Assembly (NCBI GenBank): GCA_963835575.1
Contig: CAWIGG010000005.1
Span: forward strand, 32,001 to 96,000
Source: an uncultured Spirochaetota bacterium
Lineage (GTDB): Bacteria > Spirochaetota > Brevinematia > Brevinematales > JAOACQ01
Direction of reading: 5' to 3'
Length of the DNA stretch: 64,000 bases
Position numbers and translations under genes: made by a program. Under the pieces are notes generated by a model. That model did not search any database and was not told the origin of the DNA. It was given only the letters and a program-made list of their open reading frames with translations. The stretch's first letter is position 1. Every line of letters begins with the position of its first letter. This document shows, in pieces, positions 29,324 through 39,145 of this stretch.

Positions 29324-29845
29324 ATGAAGACTTATAAAGAAAAGTCGAAAGCACTTTTTATTAATCAACTTAAGACAATAGATAAAGCTTTGAAAGGAAT
29401 TTCGTATTGCTTTATTGGGGCTGTAGCTGTAAAAGAATATGGCTATGAAAGGCAAACAGAAGATGTGGATATTTTGATAAAAAAGAGCCAGGAAAGAGAA
29501 ACAATATTGGCTTTAGAAACAAACTATAAAACCAAGAACATAGATTTTAAAGGCATTAAGGTAGATCTGGTTTTTAGTGGTGAAAGATTCAATGAAAAGG
29601 GTCTTAACTATCCTGACCCAGAAAATGTAACTGTTATACATGATGGCTTACCCTTTGTAAATTTTAAGGAGCTTATTAGACTAAAACTTGATTCTGCGAT
29701 TTATGGTAAAAGATTGCAAGATTCGGCTGATGTGCAGGAATTGATTCAAGTAAATAAACTTGATTTTGATTTTGCAGACGAATTTGATGAAGCAATAAAA
29801 TTAAAGTATCAGGAAATCTGGAAAGATAAATATATATCAAAGTAA
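29324..29845 (+). CDS. Nucleotidyltransferase-family protein (standalone)
   Basis: IGAVAV..YGYERQTEDVDILI ... LIRLKL ... R.QD.AD; AGGAGG RBS. Confidence 0.8.
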   Translation: MKTYKEKSKALFINQLKTIDKALKGISYCFIGAVAVKEYGYERQTEDVDILIKKSQERETILALETNYKTKNIDFKGIKVDLVFSGERFNEKGLNYPDPENVTVIHDGLPFVNFKELIRLKLDSAIYGKRLQDSADVQELIQVNKLDFDFADEFDEAIKLKYQEIWKDKYISK

Positions 29846-29875
29846 AATTTATTTTCTTATGCAAATAATTTTATA

Positions 29876-30060
29876 AGCCAGGAATTGAAGTAGTCAACCG
29901 AATTTCCAATTATGACGTAGAACTGGAGCCGGACATTACCCGGGTCCAGCCCAATGATTTTATTGAGGAAATAAACAAGAAAAACTTCATCGCCGATATG
30001 TCCATCGGCGAACTGCCCATTGAAAGCATTATCAAGGAGCTTTATCTGCATAAAAGGTAA
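29876..30060 (+). repeat. Duplicate of ABC ATPase 3' end (copy C, in frame, no start)
   Basis: Translates KPGIEVVNRISNYDVELEPDITRVQPNDFIEEINKKNFIADMSIGELPIESIIKELYLHKR*. Confidence 0.95.
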
Positions 30061-30130
30061 CACATTTGTTCACTTTCTTTTGTCCCCAACCAGTAACTCA
30101 GAATTCAGGTATTACCTGTATTTCTTTTTT

Positions 30131-31600
30131 TTAATTTCGGACATTTTTTTCTTTTTTTACGATCATTTTTATTATATTCCTTCCCTGGGCCATACACATC
30201 GGAACACCGCCGCCGGGAAAAATCCATTGTCCTGTCATATAAAAACTCCGCAATCCGGGCAGATTTTTAGGAAGTGTTGAGCCGAAAGTTTTTACTGTAG
30301 GCAGCCAGCCCTCATAAGAACCCTGCCAATTGCCTGTGTACCTCTCCCAGGTAACCGGTGAGGCGATATCCGTCACTTCAATATCTTCCTTGATTCCCGG
30401 AAATATTCCGTCCAGGATTTCTATATACGCGGCCAAAACCCTGTCTTTTTCCCGGTTATACGCTTTTCTATCTTTTTCATATAATTCTTTCCAATAGGCA
30501 TAATCCGTTTCGATCTGGGTCTGAACAACACTTTTCCCCCTGGGGGCAAATTGAGAGTCGTGACAATAATGAAAAAAACCGCACCAGAAAACTTCCTTTC
30601 CTCCGACAATAACCGGTTCCTTCAATTTAAAATCGTTTATTTCCACTTTGTTGGAAAAATCCCGTTTTATACCCAGGCTGATGGACATGATAGCCGGCCA
30701 TAATGACGGCTTATTATAAAATTCTTTTATTGTATTGGTAAGATATTTCCCCTCCAGCATTTCATATAGAGTGGTTCGCCCATCACAGGCGGAAATGACA
30801 ATATCCGCCGGAACAATGTTCCCGTTGTTCAGTTCAATCCCTTTTGCCCGGCCATTTTCAACAAGAATTTTTTTCACTTTGCATTCATAGTTTATTTTTC
30901 CGCCTGACTCAAGGTATTTTCTTTCAATCGCCCGGGCAAAATTTAATGAACCGCCTAAAGGGTACCCCCCTTCTTTTCTATGCATAAAAGCCAGCGGCAT
31001 AACCGCCATTAACGCCGGCATACCCCTGACGGGGAATAATCTAAAAAGCATATCCTTAATTTCCTGATTTTTAAACATTTTATTTATAAATTTTTCAACA
31101 GTGACGCTTTTCAATTTAAAAAATGAAGGCATAAATGGAAGCAGCTTGATGAAGTTTATAACGCCAAATCTTCCAAAATCTCCATCCATCGGCGGATCAA
31201 ATTTCGTATATTTTATAACTATACGAATGTACTTATTAATGCCCTTCTTTTCTTCCGGAAACAATCTAATTAATTCAGCTTTAAACTTATTTACATCTGT
31301 GTAAGCGGTCAATATTTTATTATTAAGCGTCACTTCTCTAAATCTGTCTGTATAATAAAATTCCACATTATCCGCGACGCCTAATTCCTTAAAAATCGGA
31401 TATAAGCTGGTCCCTTTATTTGAACCAAGTACCCAGTGAAGACAATGATCAAACAGATAATCCCCGCGCTTCCAGGAAGTGCAGACACCGCCGGGCAGAG
31501 AATGCATCTCAAATATTTCCGATTGAAAACCGTTCATCTGCGCGTAACAGCCGGTCGATAATCCTGAAATCCCGCCGCCGATAATGACTATTTTTTTCAT
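30131..31600 (-). CDS. Phytoene desaturase-family NAD(P)/FAD-dependent oxidoreductase
   Basis: IIGGGISGL, PGG..W.RGDY.FD, SPVTWERYTGN, GQWIFPGGGVP. Confidence 0.92.
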   Translation of the reverse strand: MKKIVIIGGGISGLSTGCYAQMNGFQSEIFEMHSLPGGVCTSWKRGDYLFDHCLHWVLGSNKGTSLYPIFKELGVADNVEFYYTDRFREVTLNNKILTAYTDVNKFKAELIRLFPEEKKGINKYIRIVIKYTKFDPPMDGDFGRFGVINFIKLLPFMPSFFKLKSVTVEKFINKMFKNQEIKDMLFRLFPVRGMPALMAVMPLAFMHRKEGGYPLGGSLNFARAIERKYLESGGKINYECKVKKILVENGRAKGIELNNGNIVPADIVISACDGRTTLYEMLEGKYLTNTIKEFYNKPSLWPAIMSISLGIKRDFSNKVEINDFKLKEPVIVGGKEVFWCGFFHYCHDSQFAPRGKSVVQTQIETDYAYWKELYEKDRKAYNREKDRVLAAYIEILDGIFPGIKEDIEVTDIASPVTWERYTGNWQGSYEGWLPTVKTFGSTLPKNLPGLRSFYMTGQWIFPGGGVPMCMAQGRNIIKMIVKKEKNVRN

Positions 31601-31604
31601 CTGT

Positions 31605-32246
31605 TTATCTCTCCTTCTTCACCAATTCGAGTTTTTCAATATTTTTTGCCGCTTCCGGTCCTTCATACCGTACAAGATATCCGTCTTTAAGACTGTACCA
31701 GTAATAATACGAATAAGGCCAGAATATTCCCGCTATTCCCTGGAGTTTCATTTCAAATTTTCTGCATTGTATCAATGAATTTTGAAACTCAATCTGCTCG
31801 TCTTTCAGGTATTCCAATACGACAGAAAAGGCAATATTACCGTCCGGCGATAACAAATTATAGTTTTTCTTTTCACCAACCCTGCTCGGTCCGGTTTTTT
31901 GGAATACAAAAAATAATGAACCTGTATTAATATAAAAGGTCTCTTTCAGCTCTTTCCTTTTTCCATTAATTAATATTGAATTATTTTCATAATTCCATTC
32001 TGCCGAATAATTTGTCCCGGAACTTAATAAGAAGAACAGCGGCCAATAATTTTCACTTTTAAAAACAGATTTAATAGTAGTCCCTCTCTCTTTATTTACT
32101 ACTATAGCTGTATTCGATGAAAGAGTTATCTCCATAATGGACATTTCTAACTTATCAGAAGATGTTTTTTCATAATAATAAACTTGACAGTGCGCATATA
32201 GTTTATAAATCAATGTCATTAATATTACCAAAACCATGGTCTTCAT
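31605..32246 (-). CDS. Hypothetical exported protein
   Basis: Signal-like N-terminus; CRKFEMKLQG...YYWYS...LVRYEG. Confidence 0.75.
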   Translation of the reverse strand: MKTMVLVILMTLIYKLYAHCQVYYYEKTSSDKLEMSIMEITLSSNTAIVVNKERGTTIKSVFKSENYWPLFFLLSSGTNYSAEWNYENNSILINGKRKELKETFYINTGSLFFVFQKTGPSRVGEKKNYNLLSPDGNIAFSVVLEYLKDEQIEFQNSLIQCRKFEMKLQGIAGIFWPYSYYYWYSLKDGYLVRYEGPEAAKNIEKLELVKKER

Positions 32247-32343
32247 AATCTTTTTCTCATAAATATTTCTCTATTGTTCTAAATTTTTCTATTTAATGCA
32301 TGGTTTTCAATTAACCGTAAATGTAATAAGAACCATACCATAT

Positions 32344-32394
32344 TACCGAACTGACTGATAGGAATTTTTATAATTCCAACTGAGGATAGGATAT
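32344..32394 (-). promoter_or_regulatory. 51-bp duplicated upstream element (copy 1)
   Basis: Two mismatches to 34298-34348; each copy lies about 100 bp upstream of a minus-strand start codon. Confidence 0.6.
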
Positions 32395-32541
32395 AGAAAA
32401 GAAATAAAAATCACAAAAAAACGCCGATTTTTCTTGAAAATAAACAGATACCGTCACCGGCATATCCACTGGCGATCTTACCATCGAACATGCAAATACC
32501 GATGGTTTCTTTTAAGGTCTTTTATGGTGTTTCTCCATAAT

Positions 32542-34194
32542 CTAAAAATTTATAAGCAGGTTTAGTTGAACAAAAAAACAGCTGGTATCCAGCGTAACAG
32601 TGCCGCTGCTGTCGGATAGAATTTCCGCATTTCCATTCGTGTCCATATAGGGGATATTATTAAAAACACAATATTCGTACCCGGCTGATACGGCCAATTG
32701 AATGCCTGGTACCCAGCCCACCGCGCCGCCCAGAGCTATAGCGGAATAGAATCCATTATTATCTCCATTACCATTATTAAGTCCAAAATCAATTCCTTCT
32801 CTGCCGGCTTTGAGATCTACATAAAACATAGTCTCCCCATCAAGGTGGTTCCGGAAAAAAAAGGGAATGATCCGTATCATCCCGCCCCCGATGGGAAAAC
32901 CGATAAGACTGCCATTATTATTATTGTTATTGTTATTATTATTATTTCCGCCAACGCCCCCCTGCATAAAAATCCCGACGGCAAGGAAGTCAAACGCCCT
33001 GTATAATAAATTGCCTTCCAAGTATGGGTTAACATTAGCGTTGGTGTTGTAATAATTGTTATTGTTATTATTAATATTATTATTGTTGCTGCTGATAACA
33101 TTCGCCGCAGCGCTCCAAAATCTGCTGTTGGGGTTAAGAAAGGGAAACTTATAGACAGTGTTAAAACTCAAAGTAAAACGGGCATACCAGGGAAGACTTT
33201 TATCGCCGGTCTGGGATTGTTTTTCTGACAGTGGAATTGAATTATTCTGCAGCGCGGTTTTAAAAACAACCACCTTTAATTCCGCTTCATTGATTACGAT
33301 ATTTGTGGCAGCTATCAAGCCGCTGCCGTTTTTTATCGATATCACGTTCTGTTTTCCGGCCCCTACATTCGTGATTTTCAACTCTCCCGAATTGTCCGTT
33401 TTCCCGATATTGGTCCCGTTCATATAAACATCGATACCGCTTTCTATCGTTTCCAGGATCAAAACGCCGGTAGGATTGTATTCCAGTACATTTGTTTTTC
33501 CGCTTTGTATCTCCAGTTTTCTCTTCAGCACTTCTTTATCGGATTGATCGGCTTTTAAACTGATATCAACTGATTGCCCGGACACAAACTTGTCAATGTA
33601 TCCCTCTTTGCTGTTGATCAATTTGATAAATCCATCGTTAACAAATAGTTGGTAAGACACTCCTTCCTGTTTGATGGCAATTTTAACATATCCCAGCTTA
33701 ATCGGTTTCCCGGCTAACAGACCGGAAACATCCAGTATCATTTTATCAATGGTATCAAAAATATCCGGACCGGCGCTTCCTTTGTAATTTCTCTGAAATA
33801 ATAATTGCCCGTTGATAACGTTATAAACATAAACTTTGATGGATATTGTTTCATTATTATCATTAACAATATAATCGCCGGTAATTACCTGTTCCGTTGA
33901 AAAACGCTGCGCGATATTAATCGCCTGATCACTTTTCAATTCCTTTTTATTCCAGAAATTATCTTCCAGAGCTGCCTTTTCCACCTCGTTATATGGGGTA
34001 ATATTTTTTGATATTTTTGAAAGAAAAGTGGAAAGGGATTTTGTCATAATTGCGTTTATATTGTCCCGGTTTGATTTTCCTTTATTTATGAACCCGGCAA
34101 CCGTCACCGATTTCATTTCCAGCGGCTGCGGCCAGCTTAGGGCCGAAATAACGAATAAAATAAATGAGAACACCAATATTCTTTTAACTGCCAT
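32542..34194 (-). CDS. Exported multidomain protein (TolB-N-like, PEGA-like, Asn tracts, probable C-terminal beta-barrel)
   Basis: Signal peptide; VITGDY; DVYMNGTNIGKT; poly-Asn; C-terminal Phe. Confidence 0.65.
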   Translation of the reverse strand: MAVKRILVFSFILFVISALSWPQPLEMKSVTVAGFINKGKSNRDNINAIMTKSLSTFLSKISKNITPYNEVEKAALEDNFWNKKELKSDQAINIAQRFSTEQVITGDYIVNDNNETISIKVYVYNVINGQLLFQRNYKGSAGPDIFDTIDKMILDVSGLLAGKPIKLGYVKIAIKQEGVSYQLFVNDGFIKLINSKEGYIDKFVSGQSVDISLKADQSDKEVLKRKLEIQSGKTNVLEYNPTGVLILETIESGIDVYMNGTNIGKTDNSGELKITNVGAGKQNVISIKNGSGLIAATNIVINEAELKVVVFKTALQNNSIPLSEKQSQTGDKSLPWYARFTLSFNTVYKFPFLNPNSRFWSAAANVISSNNNNINNNNNNYYNTNANVNPYLEGNLLYRAFDFLAVGIFMQGGVGGNNNNNNNNNNNGSLIGFPIGGGMIRIIPFFFRNHLDGETMFYVDLKAGREGIDFGLNNGNGDNNGFYSAIALGGAVGWVPGIQLAVSAGYEYCVFNNIPYMDTNGNAEILSDSSGTVTLDTSCFFVQLNLLINF

Positions 34195-34297
34195 ATATTC
34201 CCTCCCCCTAATAAAATCTTAAATAGCCGGTTTGATAATTGTAAACCGGCGGCCTGATAAAACAATCAAAAATCAAAGAAATGCATAAAAACAATTG

Positions 34298-34348
34298 TAC
34301 CGAACTGACTGATAGGAATTTCTATAATTCCAACTAAGGATAGGATAT
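34298..34348 (-). promoter_or_regulatory. 51-bp duplicated upstream element (copy 2)
   Basis: TACCGAACTGACTGATAGGAATTTYTATAATTCCAACTRAGGATAGGATAT. Confidence 0.6.
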
Positions 34349-34382
34349 TGGAAAGTCATAAAAAATGCAACCGTATTTTAGT

Positions 34383-34529
34383 TTATGATGTTAAGCTGGA
34401 GCCGGATATTTCCCGGGTCCGGCCCAACGATTTTATTGAGGAAATAAAAAAAGTCCCATAACCGACATGTCCATCGGAGAACTGCCCATCGAAAGCATCA
34501 TCAAGGAGCTTTATCTACACAAGCGGTAA
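34383..34529 (+). repeat. Duplicate of ABC ATPase 3' end (copy D), overlapping the P-type ATPase stop
   Basis: YDVKLEPDISRVRPNDFIEEIK..TDMSIGELPIESIIKELYLHKR* with a small internal deletion. Confidence 0.92.
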
Positions 34530-37070
34530 AGCGGCTTTTTTCCTATTGAGCAGTTTCAACCCCTCAAACCAGAGCACGCTGAAAATCCCGGCTCCCGCTG
34601 CGATCAAAACATCGCCTGCATGCAGAATATCAAAGTGAAAGAGGTTCCGAAGGAACGGAGTATAAAGGACCAGGGCTAAAAATGTCACCGCCCCGCCGAG
34701 CACCCACCAGAGCGCAGCGTTCTTCATTCCAAGCGTTGTTAATATATTCAGGCTCCATGACCGGTTGGACAGGATCAATCCGATATTGGCTATGATCAAT
34801 GTTGTAAAAGTTATGGCCCTGGAATTTTCCTCGCTGCCCCCGATAAATTTTGATGCCCAGTAAACGGCAAGCGTTATGAATAGAACGCTTAAGCCCTGCA
34901 GCAAACTGATGACCACATGCTTTTTTCCGAACATGGGATCATCCAGACGGCGAGGCGGACGGTCCATAATTCCGGGCTCTTCATTCTCCGCCTCAAATAC
35001 GATTGAACATGCCGGATCGATGATCAGCTCCAGGAAGACAATATGGACCGGCAGAAGCACAAGCGGGGCGTTAAATAAGACAGGGATCAGGGCTATCCCG
35101 GCTATGGGCACATGGATCGCGATGATATACGTCATGGCTTTTCTGAGATTATCATAAATCCTCCGGCCCATTTTAACAGCCGACACAATGGAAGAAAAAT
35201 CGTCATCCAGAAGGACAAGATCAGAAGCCTCGCGGGCCACGTCGGTCCCGCGCGCTCCCATCGCAATGCCGATATTGGAAGACTTCAGCGCCGGCGCATC
35301 GTTCACGCCGTCGCCCGTCATTGCCACAACTTCGCCCAGAGCTTTCAGGGCATCTACTATTATAAGCTTCTGTTCGGGAACAACACGCGCAAAAATATTC
35401 GTGTTCTTGATACGCTCTTCCAGTTCTTTTTCCTTCATCTGTAGAAGCTCCGGCCCGGTGATCACGTTTTCCGTGTTTTTCAGGCCGATCTGGCGGCCGA
35501 TGTTCTGCGCCGTTCCCGGATAATCTCCTGTTATCATGATCACGCGGATCCCCGCCTGATAGCATTCCTTAATTGCGCCGGGCACGGCCGGCCGTATCGG
35601 GTCGGAAAGCCCGATCAGCCCCAGAAACTCAAAATCAAAATCATGCTGGATTTCCGGCAGGCTTTTTTCAACAAACTGCGAGTGGGCCACGCCGAGAACA
35701 CGGAGCCCCTCATCCGCCATTTCAACAACACGTTTGAGCAGCTCTTTTTTTGTTTTTTCATCGACATGGCAGAGGTCCAGAATAGCTTCCGGCGCTCCCT
35801 TGGCCGCGATCATGAACTTATGCTCCAGCGGTATCTGCCAGACATTCGACATGGCCAGAAGCTCTTTCGACAGAGGGTATTCCTGAATAAGTTCCCAGTC
35901 TTCATGAATGTGTTCTGTATTCTTCAGCTTGTACTCGCCAAGCTGTTTGATCGCCTTTTCCATCGGATCGAATGGGGATTTCTGGCTGGCCAGGATGCTG
36001 TACTCCACAAGGCGGTGGAAATTCTCCGGCAGAAGCACGGCTCTATTATGGAATTCCGGGTTAAAGAAGCTCCAGTTGGCGAAAATTTTCGTCACCGTCA
36101 TCTGGTTCATCGTCAGCGTTCCCGTTTTGTCGACGCAGAGCACTCCGGCGGCTCCCAGCGACTCTATAGCTGAAGGCTTGCGCGTCAGGACGTTTTTTTT
36201 CGACATCCTCCATGCGCCGAGAGCGAGAAAGACCGTCAGCACGACCGGGAATTCCTCCGGCAGCATCGCCATGGCAAGGGCAATCCCCGCCAGGAGCCCG
36301 TCTATCCATGACTTTGATGGATTGAGAGCCGTATAGCGTGTAATGCCGTAGACAACTACCAGTAAGGTGCAGAGAATAATGCCGATAAAAGCGAAATTCT
36401 TAACAAGTTTGCCCGTTTCCTTCTGGAGCATTGTTTCTTCCGCAGTGATCGACTGAAGCGATTTTCCTATCTTGCCCAGTTCCGTATTTACGCCTGCGGC
36501 ATAGACTTTAGCTATTCCCTGGCCCTGCACGACAAGCGTGCCGGAATAAACGAAGGGCGTTTTTTCATCCATGGCATATTTATGAACTGGTACGGATTCT
36601 CCTGTCAACAGCGATTCATCCACGCTCATGTTCATCGCGTGAAGAATTTCAGCGTCCGCCGGCACCCTGTCCCCTTCGGACAGGATGATGATATCGCCTT
36701 TAACGACTTCCCTCCCCGCTATGCGCTTTGTTTCGCCGCCGCGGATGACAAGGGCGCGGGGGCTGGAAAGGTCTTTTAACGCTTCCAGCGCCCTTTCCGT
36801 TTTTTTCTCCTGGTAAAATGTAATGGCCATTATGACAAACACAAAGCTCAGAAGCATCACCGCTTCCCTCGGTTCGCCCAAGAGGAGATAAAGTACGCCG
36901 CCGGCTATCAATAGTATGAACATCGGTTCTTTTATGACATCCCATGCAATGATAAAAATATTTTTCCTTTTTGATGAAGGCAGTTCATTATATCCTTCGG
37001 TTTTTAATTTCTGCCGGACTTCTTCTTCCGTTAATCCTGTAAAACTGCTTATGTCGACGCTTTTAATCAT
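34515..37070 (-). CDS. Cation-transporting P-type ATPase (type II, Ca2+-ATPase-like)
   Basis: TGES, PEE, DKTGTLT, KGAPE, TGDGVNDAPALK. Confidence 0.96.
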   Translation of the reverse strand: MIKSVDISSFTGLTEEEVRQKLKTEGYNELPSSKRKNIFIIAWDVIKEPMFILLIAGGVLYLLLGEPREAVMLLSFVFVIMAITFYQEKKTERALEALKDLSSPRALVIRGGETKRIAGREVVKGDIIILSEGDRVPADAEILHAMNMSVDESLLTGESVPVHKYAMDEKTPFVYSGTLVVQGQGIAKVYAAGVNTELGKIGKSLQSITAEETMLQKETGKLVKNFAFIGIILCTLLVVVYGITRYTALNPSKSWIDGLLAGIALAMAMLPEEFPVVLTVFLALGAWRMSKKNVLTRKPSAIESLGAAGVLCVDKTGTLTMNQMTVTKIFANWSFFNPEFHNRAVLLPENFHRLVEYSILASQKSPFDPMEKAIKQLGEYKLKNTEHIHEDWELIQEYPLSKELLAMSNVWQIPLEHKFMIAAKGAPEAILDLCHVDEKTKKELLKRVVEMADEGLRVLGVAHSQFVEKSLPEIQHDFDFEFLGLIGLSDPIRPAVPGAIKECYQAGIRVIMITGDYPGTAQNIGRQIGLKNTENVITGPELLQMKEKELEERIKNTNIFARVVPEQKLIIVDALKALGEVVAMTGDGVNDAPALKSSNIGIAMGARGTDVAREASDLVLLDDDFSSIVSAVKMGRRIYDNLRKAMTYIIAIHVPIAGIALIPVLFNAPLVLLPVHIVFLELIIDPACSIVFEAENEEPGIMDRPPRRLDDPMFGKKHVVISLLQGLSVLFITLAVYWASKFIGGSEENSRAITFTTLIIANIGLILSNRSWSLNILTTLGMKNAALWWVLGGAVTFLALVLYTPFLRNLFHFDILHAGDVLIAAGAGIFSVLWFEGLKLLNRKKAALPLV

Positions 37071-37328
37071 GAAAAAACCTCATAATATAAATTTAAGATT
37101 TTTATTTGTCATCCATTATTAATTTTCCAGGAATCATGAATTCCCGTTATTATAAATCTGAGAAAAATAAACCAACCACTTGAAATATGCATTTGCTATC
37201 CTGAGAAAAAAGGGATACTGTTTTCTTTAAGAAATGTTTTATTTTTGAGACGCTTTTTATGATAGCTTTCCGCTGTCATCGGGCCTCCTTTCGATTATCA
37301 TTCTTTGAAATAAACGAGAAGAAGTCCC

Positions 37329-37392
37329 TCCAGCACCACTTTTGCATCAGACAATAAATGAAGACAAATTTTAATGCAAAAGTGGTGCTGGA
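37329..37392. repeat. 64-bp hairpin/mini-MITE with 19-bp perfect inverted repeat
   Basis: TCCAGCACCACTTTTGCAT...ATGCAAAAGTGGTGCTGGA after GTCCC; same arms as 1393-1436. Confidence 0.75.
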
Positions 37393-37570
37393 TGCCAACA
37401 AAAAGCCCGGCCCGAAGCCTGATCTTCCGGAAGTATTATAATAAAATCTGAATATTTTTGTCAAATTTAACATTTCAAATAAAAAAATCCATAATTTAAC
37501 ATATTCCGGTAAAATTATAAATTAGCTCAAAAATAGTATATAATAAATATTAAATGGAGGAATTTAACTT

Positions 37571-39133
37571 ATGATTGAATTTATTGTTAAAAATTTTATT
37601 CCGGTTATCATAATTGTGATTATCAACTACTGCTATCTCTTATGCCATTCAAAAAACTTTTCGGATTCATTAAAATATACTATTCCTCTTTTCTTATTCA
37701 TTCTATATATTATTTTTATATTTATCTTTTTTAATGCTGCCGGTGACCAGGCAGGCGACTATGCCAGAGGATATGCCCCGGTTGCGAGCGTCATGCTGAT
37801 ATTGCCTGTTTTTATGATACTGATTCTGGTTCTTGAGTTTGCCGTTATCAGAAATCTGATCAGGGATATAGGTCAGTTCTTCAGCGCCGGGCGGAAATGG
37901 AACCTGATCTCCATCCTGGCATTTTTATCGATACTGGCCCATGCGGCAGGGATTTTTGCCATTGCTGAAATGAAATCCAATCCTGACAGGACATCAACTT
38001 TTTCAATAAGCGGCAGAAAAGTTTCTTTTAACGGAAGATATGGTATTGAATATCAGGGAAACTTCTGGAATTCAAGCATAAAAGAAGGCGTTCTGCTTAA
38101 TGACGCCATTCTGCCGGTGGGGAATAAAACGCTGTTGTTTTCAGCCGGAGATCCGGTCCGTTTTTTTGGAAACGGGAGCGTGAAGTCCGGCTGTCTGGCA
38201 GAAAATACGGATATTACAGCCGGCAGTAAAACACTTAAATTTCGTAGATATGAAAAGATGGATTTTTATCAAAACGGGAATGTCAGGAAAGGATTGATCG
38301 CTCAGAATGCAGGCTTTGAGTTGAAGAGCCTTAATAAAAATATCAGGCTTTATAAAGATACATTTGTATCATTATATGAAGACGGTGCACTGAAAGAATT
38401 TGAAATAATGGAACCTATGACTTTAAATGCCGGCAATAAGAAAATTCATTTAAAGGGATCGGAGTTCGGAGGAAAAAAATACGGGGGAGATACATCTTTA
38501 TACCATAACGGAAGCTTAAAATCGGGCATTCTGGCTGGTGACATATCCATGGAAATCGGCAATCAGACAATTACCTTTAAAAAAGACAGCCGGATCGATT
38601 TTTATCCGGACGGCAGCGTAAAAAGAGGCGTTATAAAAAATGAAGTGACTTTTATTGTTAATGGAACTGATTATTATACAGCCGAAAAAAACACAGGAGT
38701 CTTATTCAGCGAAGATGGATTAAGTATATGCCTCAGAAACTTATACAGTGTATTTTATCTGAGACCAGATGAACACCTCAATGTCATCTGCCAGAAGGGC
38801 GGGGGATCATACATCTATAAAAATAAAACGATATACATTGGAAATGATGAAACGGTTTTTGTGCATCAAAGCGATCCAACTTCTGCCAAATACATCGATG
38901 AAAACATTAAGATCGATTCCATCGGCTATTTATATCAGGACTGCGCCGAAAGGCTCGAAAATAACGGGATTGAGGTTCTTCCCGAATTTGAAGATCCTGA
39001 AATGGTCATCATGTTCCGCTACTCGGATGTCGGAAGTGAACAGATTGAGGAAATACTTTTTCTGGAGAGGACTGTCATTTCATTCCGGGATAAAATAATT
39101 GAATGCAAGCCGTTTCAATGGGTACATCTTTGA
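37571..39133 (+). CDS. Hypothetical membrane protein with repeated F(Y)xNGxxKxG beta-hairpin units
   Basis: Four TM segments, then FFGNGSVKSG, FYQNGNVRKG, LYEDGALKE, LYHNGSLKSG, FYPDGSVKRG. Confidence 0.75.
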   Translation: MIEFIVKNFIPVIIIVIINYCYLLCHSKNFSDSLKYTIPLFLFILYIIFIFIFFNAAGDQAGDYARGYAPVASVMLILPVFMILILVLEFAVIRNLIRDIGQFFSAGRKWNLISILAFLSILAHAAGIFAIAEMKSNPDRTSTFSISGRKVSFNGRYGIEYQGNFWNSSIKEGVLLNDAILPVGNKTLLFSAGDPVRFFGNGSVKSGCLAENTDITAGSKTLKFRRYEKMDFYQNGNVRKGLIAQNAGFELKSLNKNIRLYKDTFVSLYEDGALKEFEIMEPMTLNAGNKKIHLKGSEFGGKKYGGDTSLYHNGSLKSGILAGDISMEIGNQTITFKKDSRIDFYPDGSVKRGVIKNEVTFIVNGTDYYTAEKNTGVLFSEDGLSICLRNLYSVFYLRPDEHLNVICQKGGGSYIYKNKTIYIGNDETVFVHQSDPTSAKYIDENIKIDSIGYLYQDCAERLENNGIEVLPEFEDPEMVIMFRYSDVGSEQIEEILFLERTVISFRDKIIECKPFQWVHL

Positions 39134-39145
39134 GGATTTAATGAT

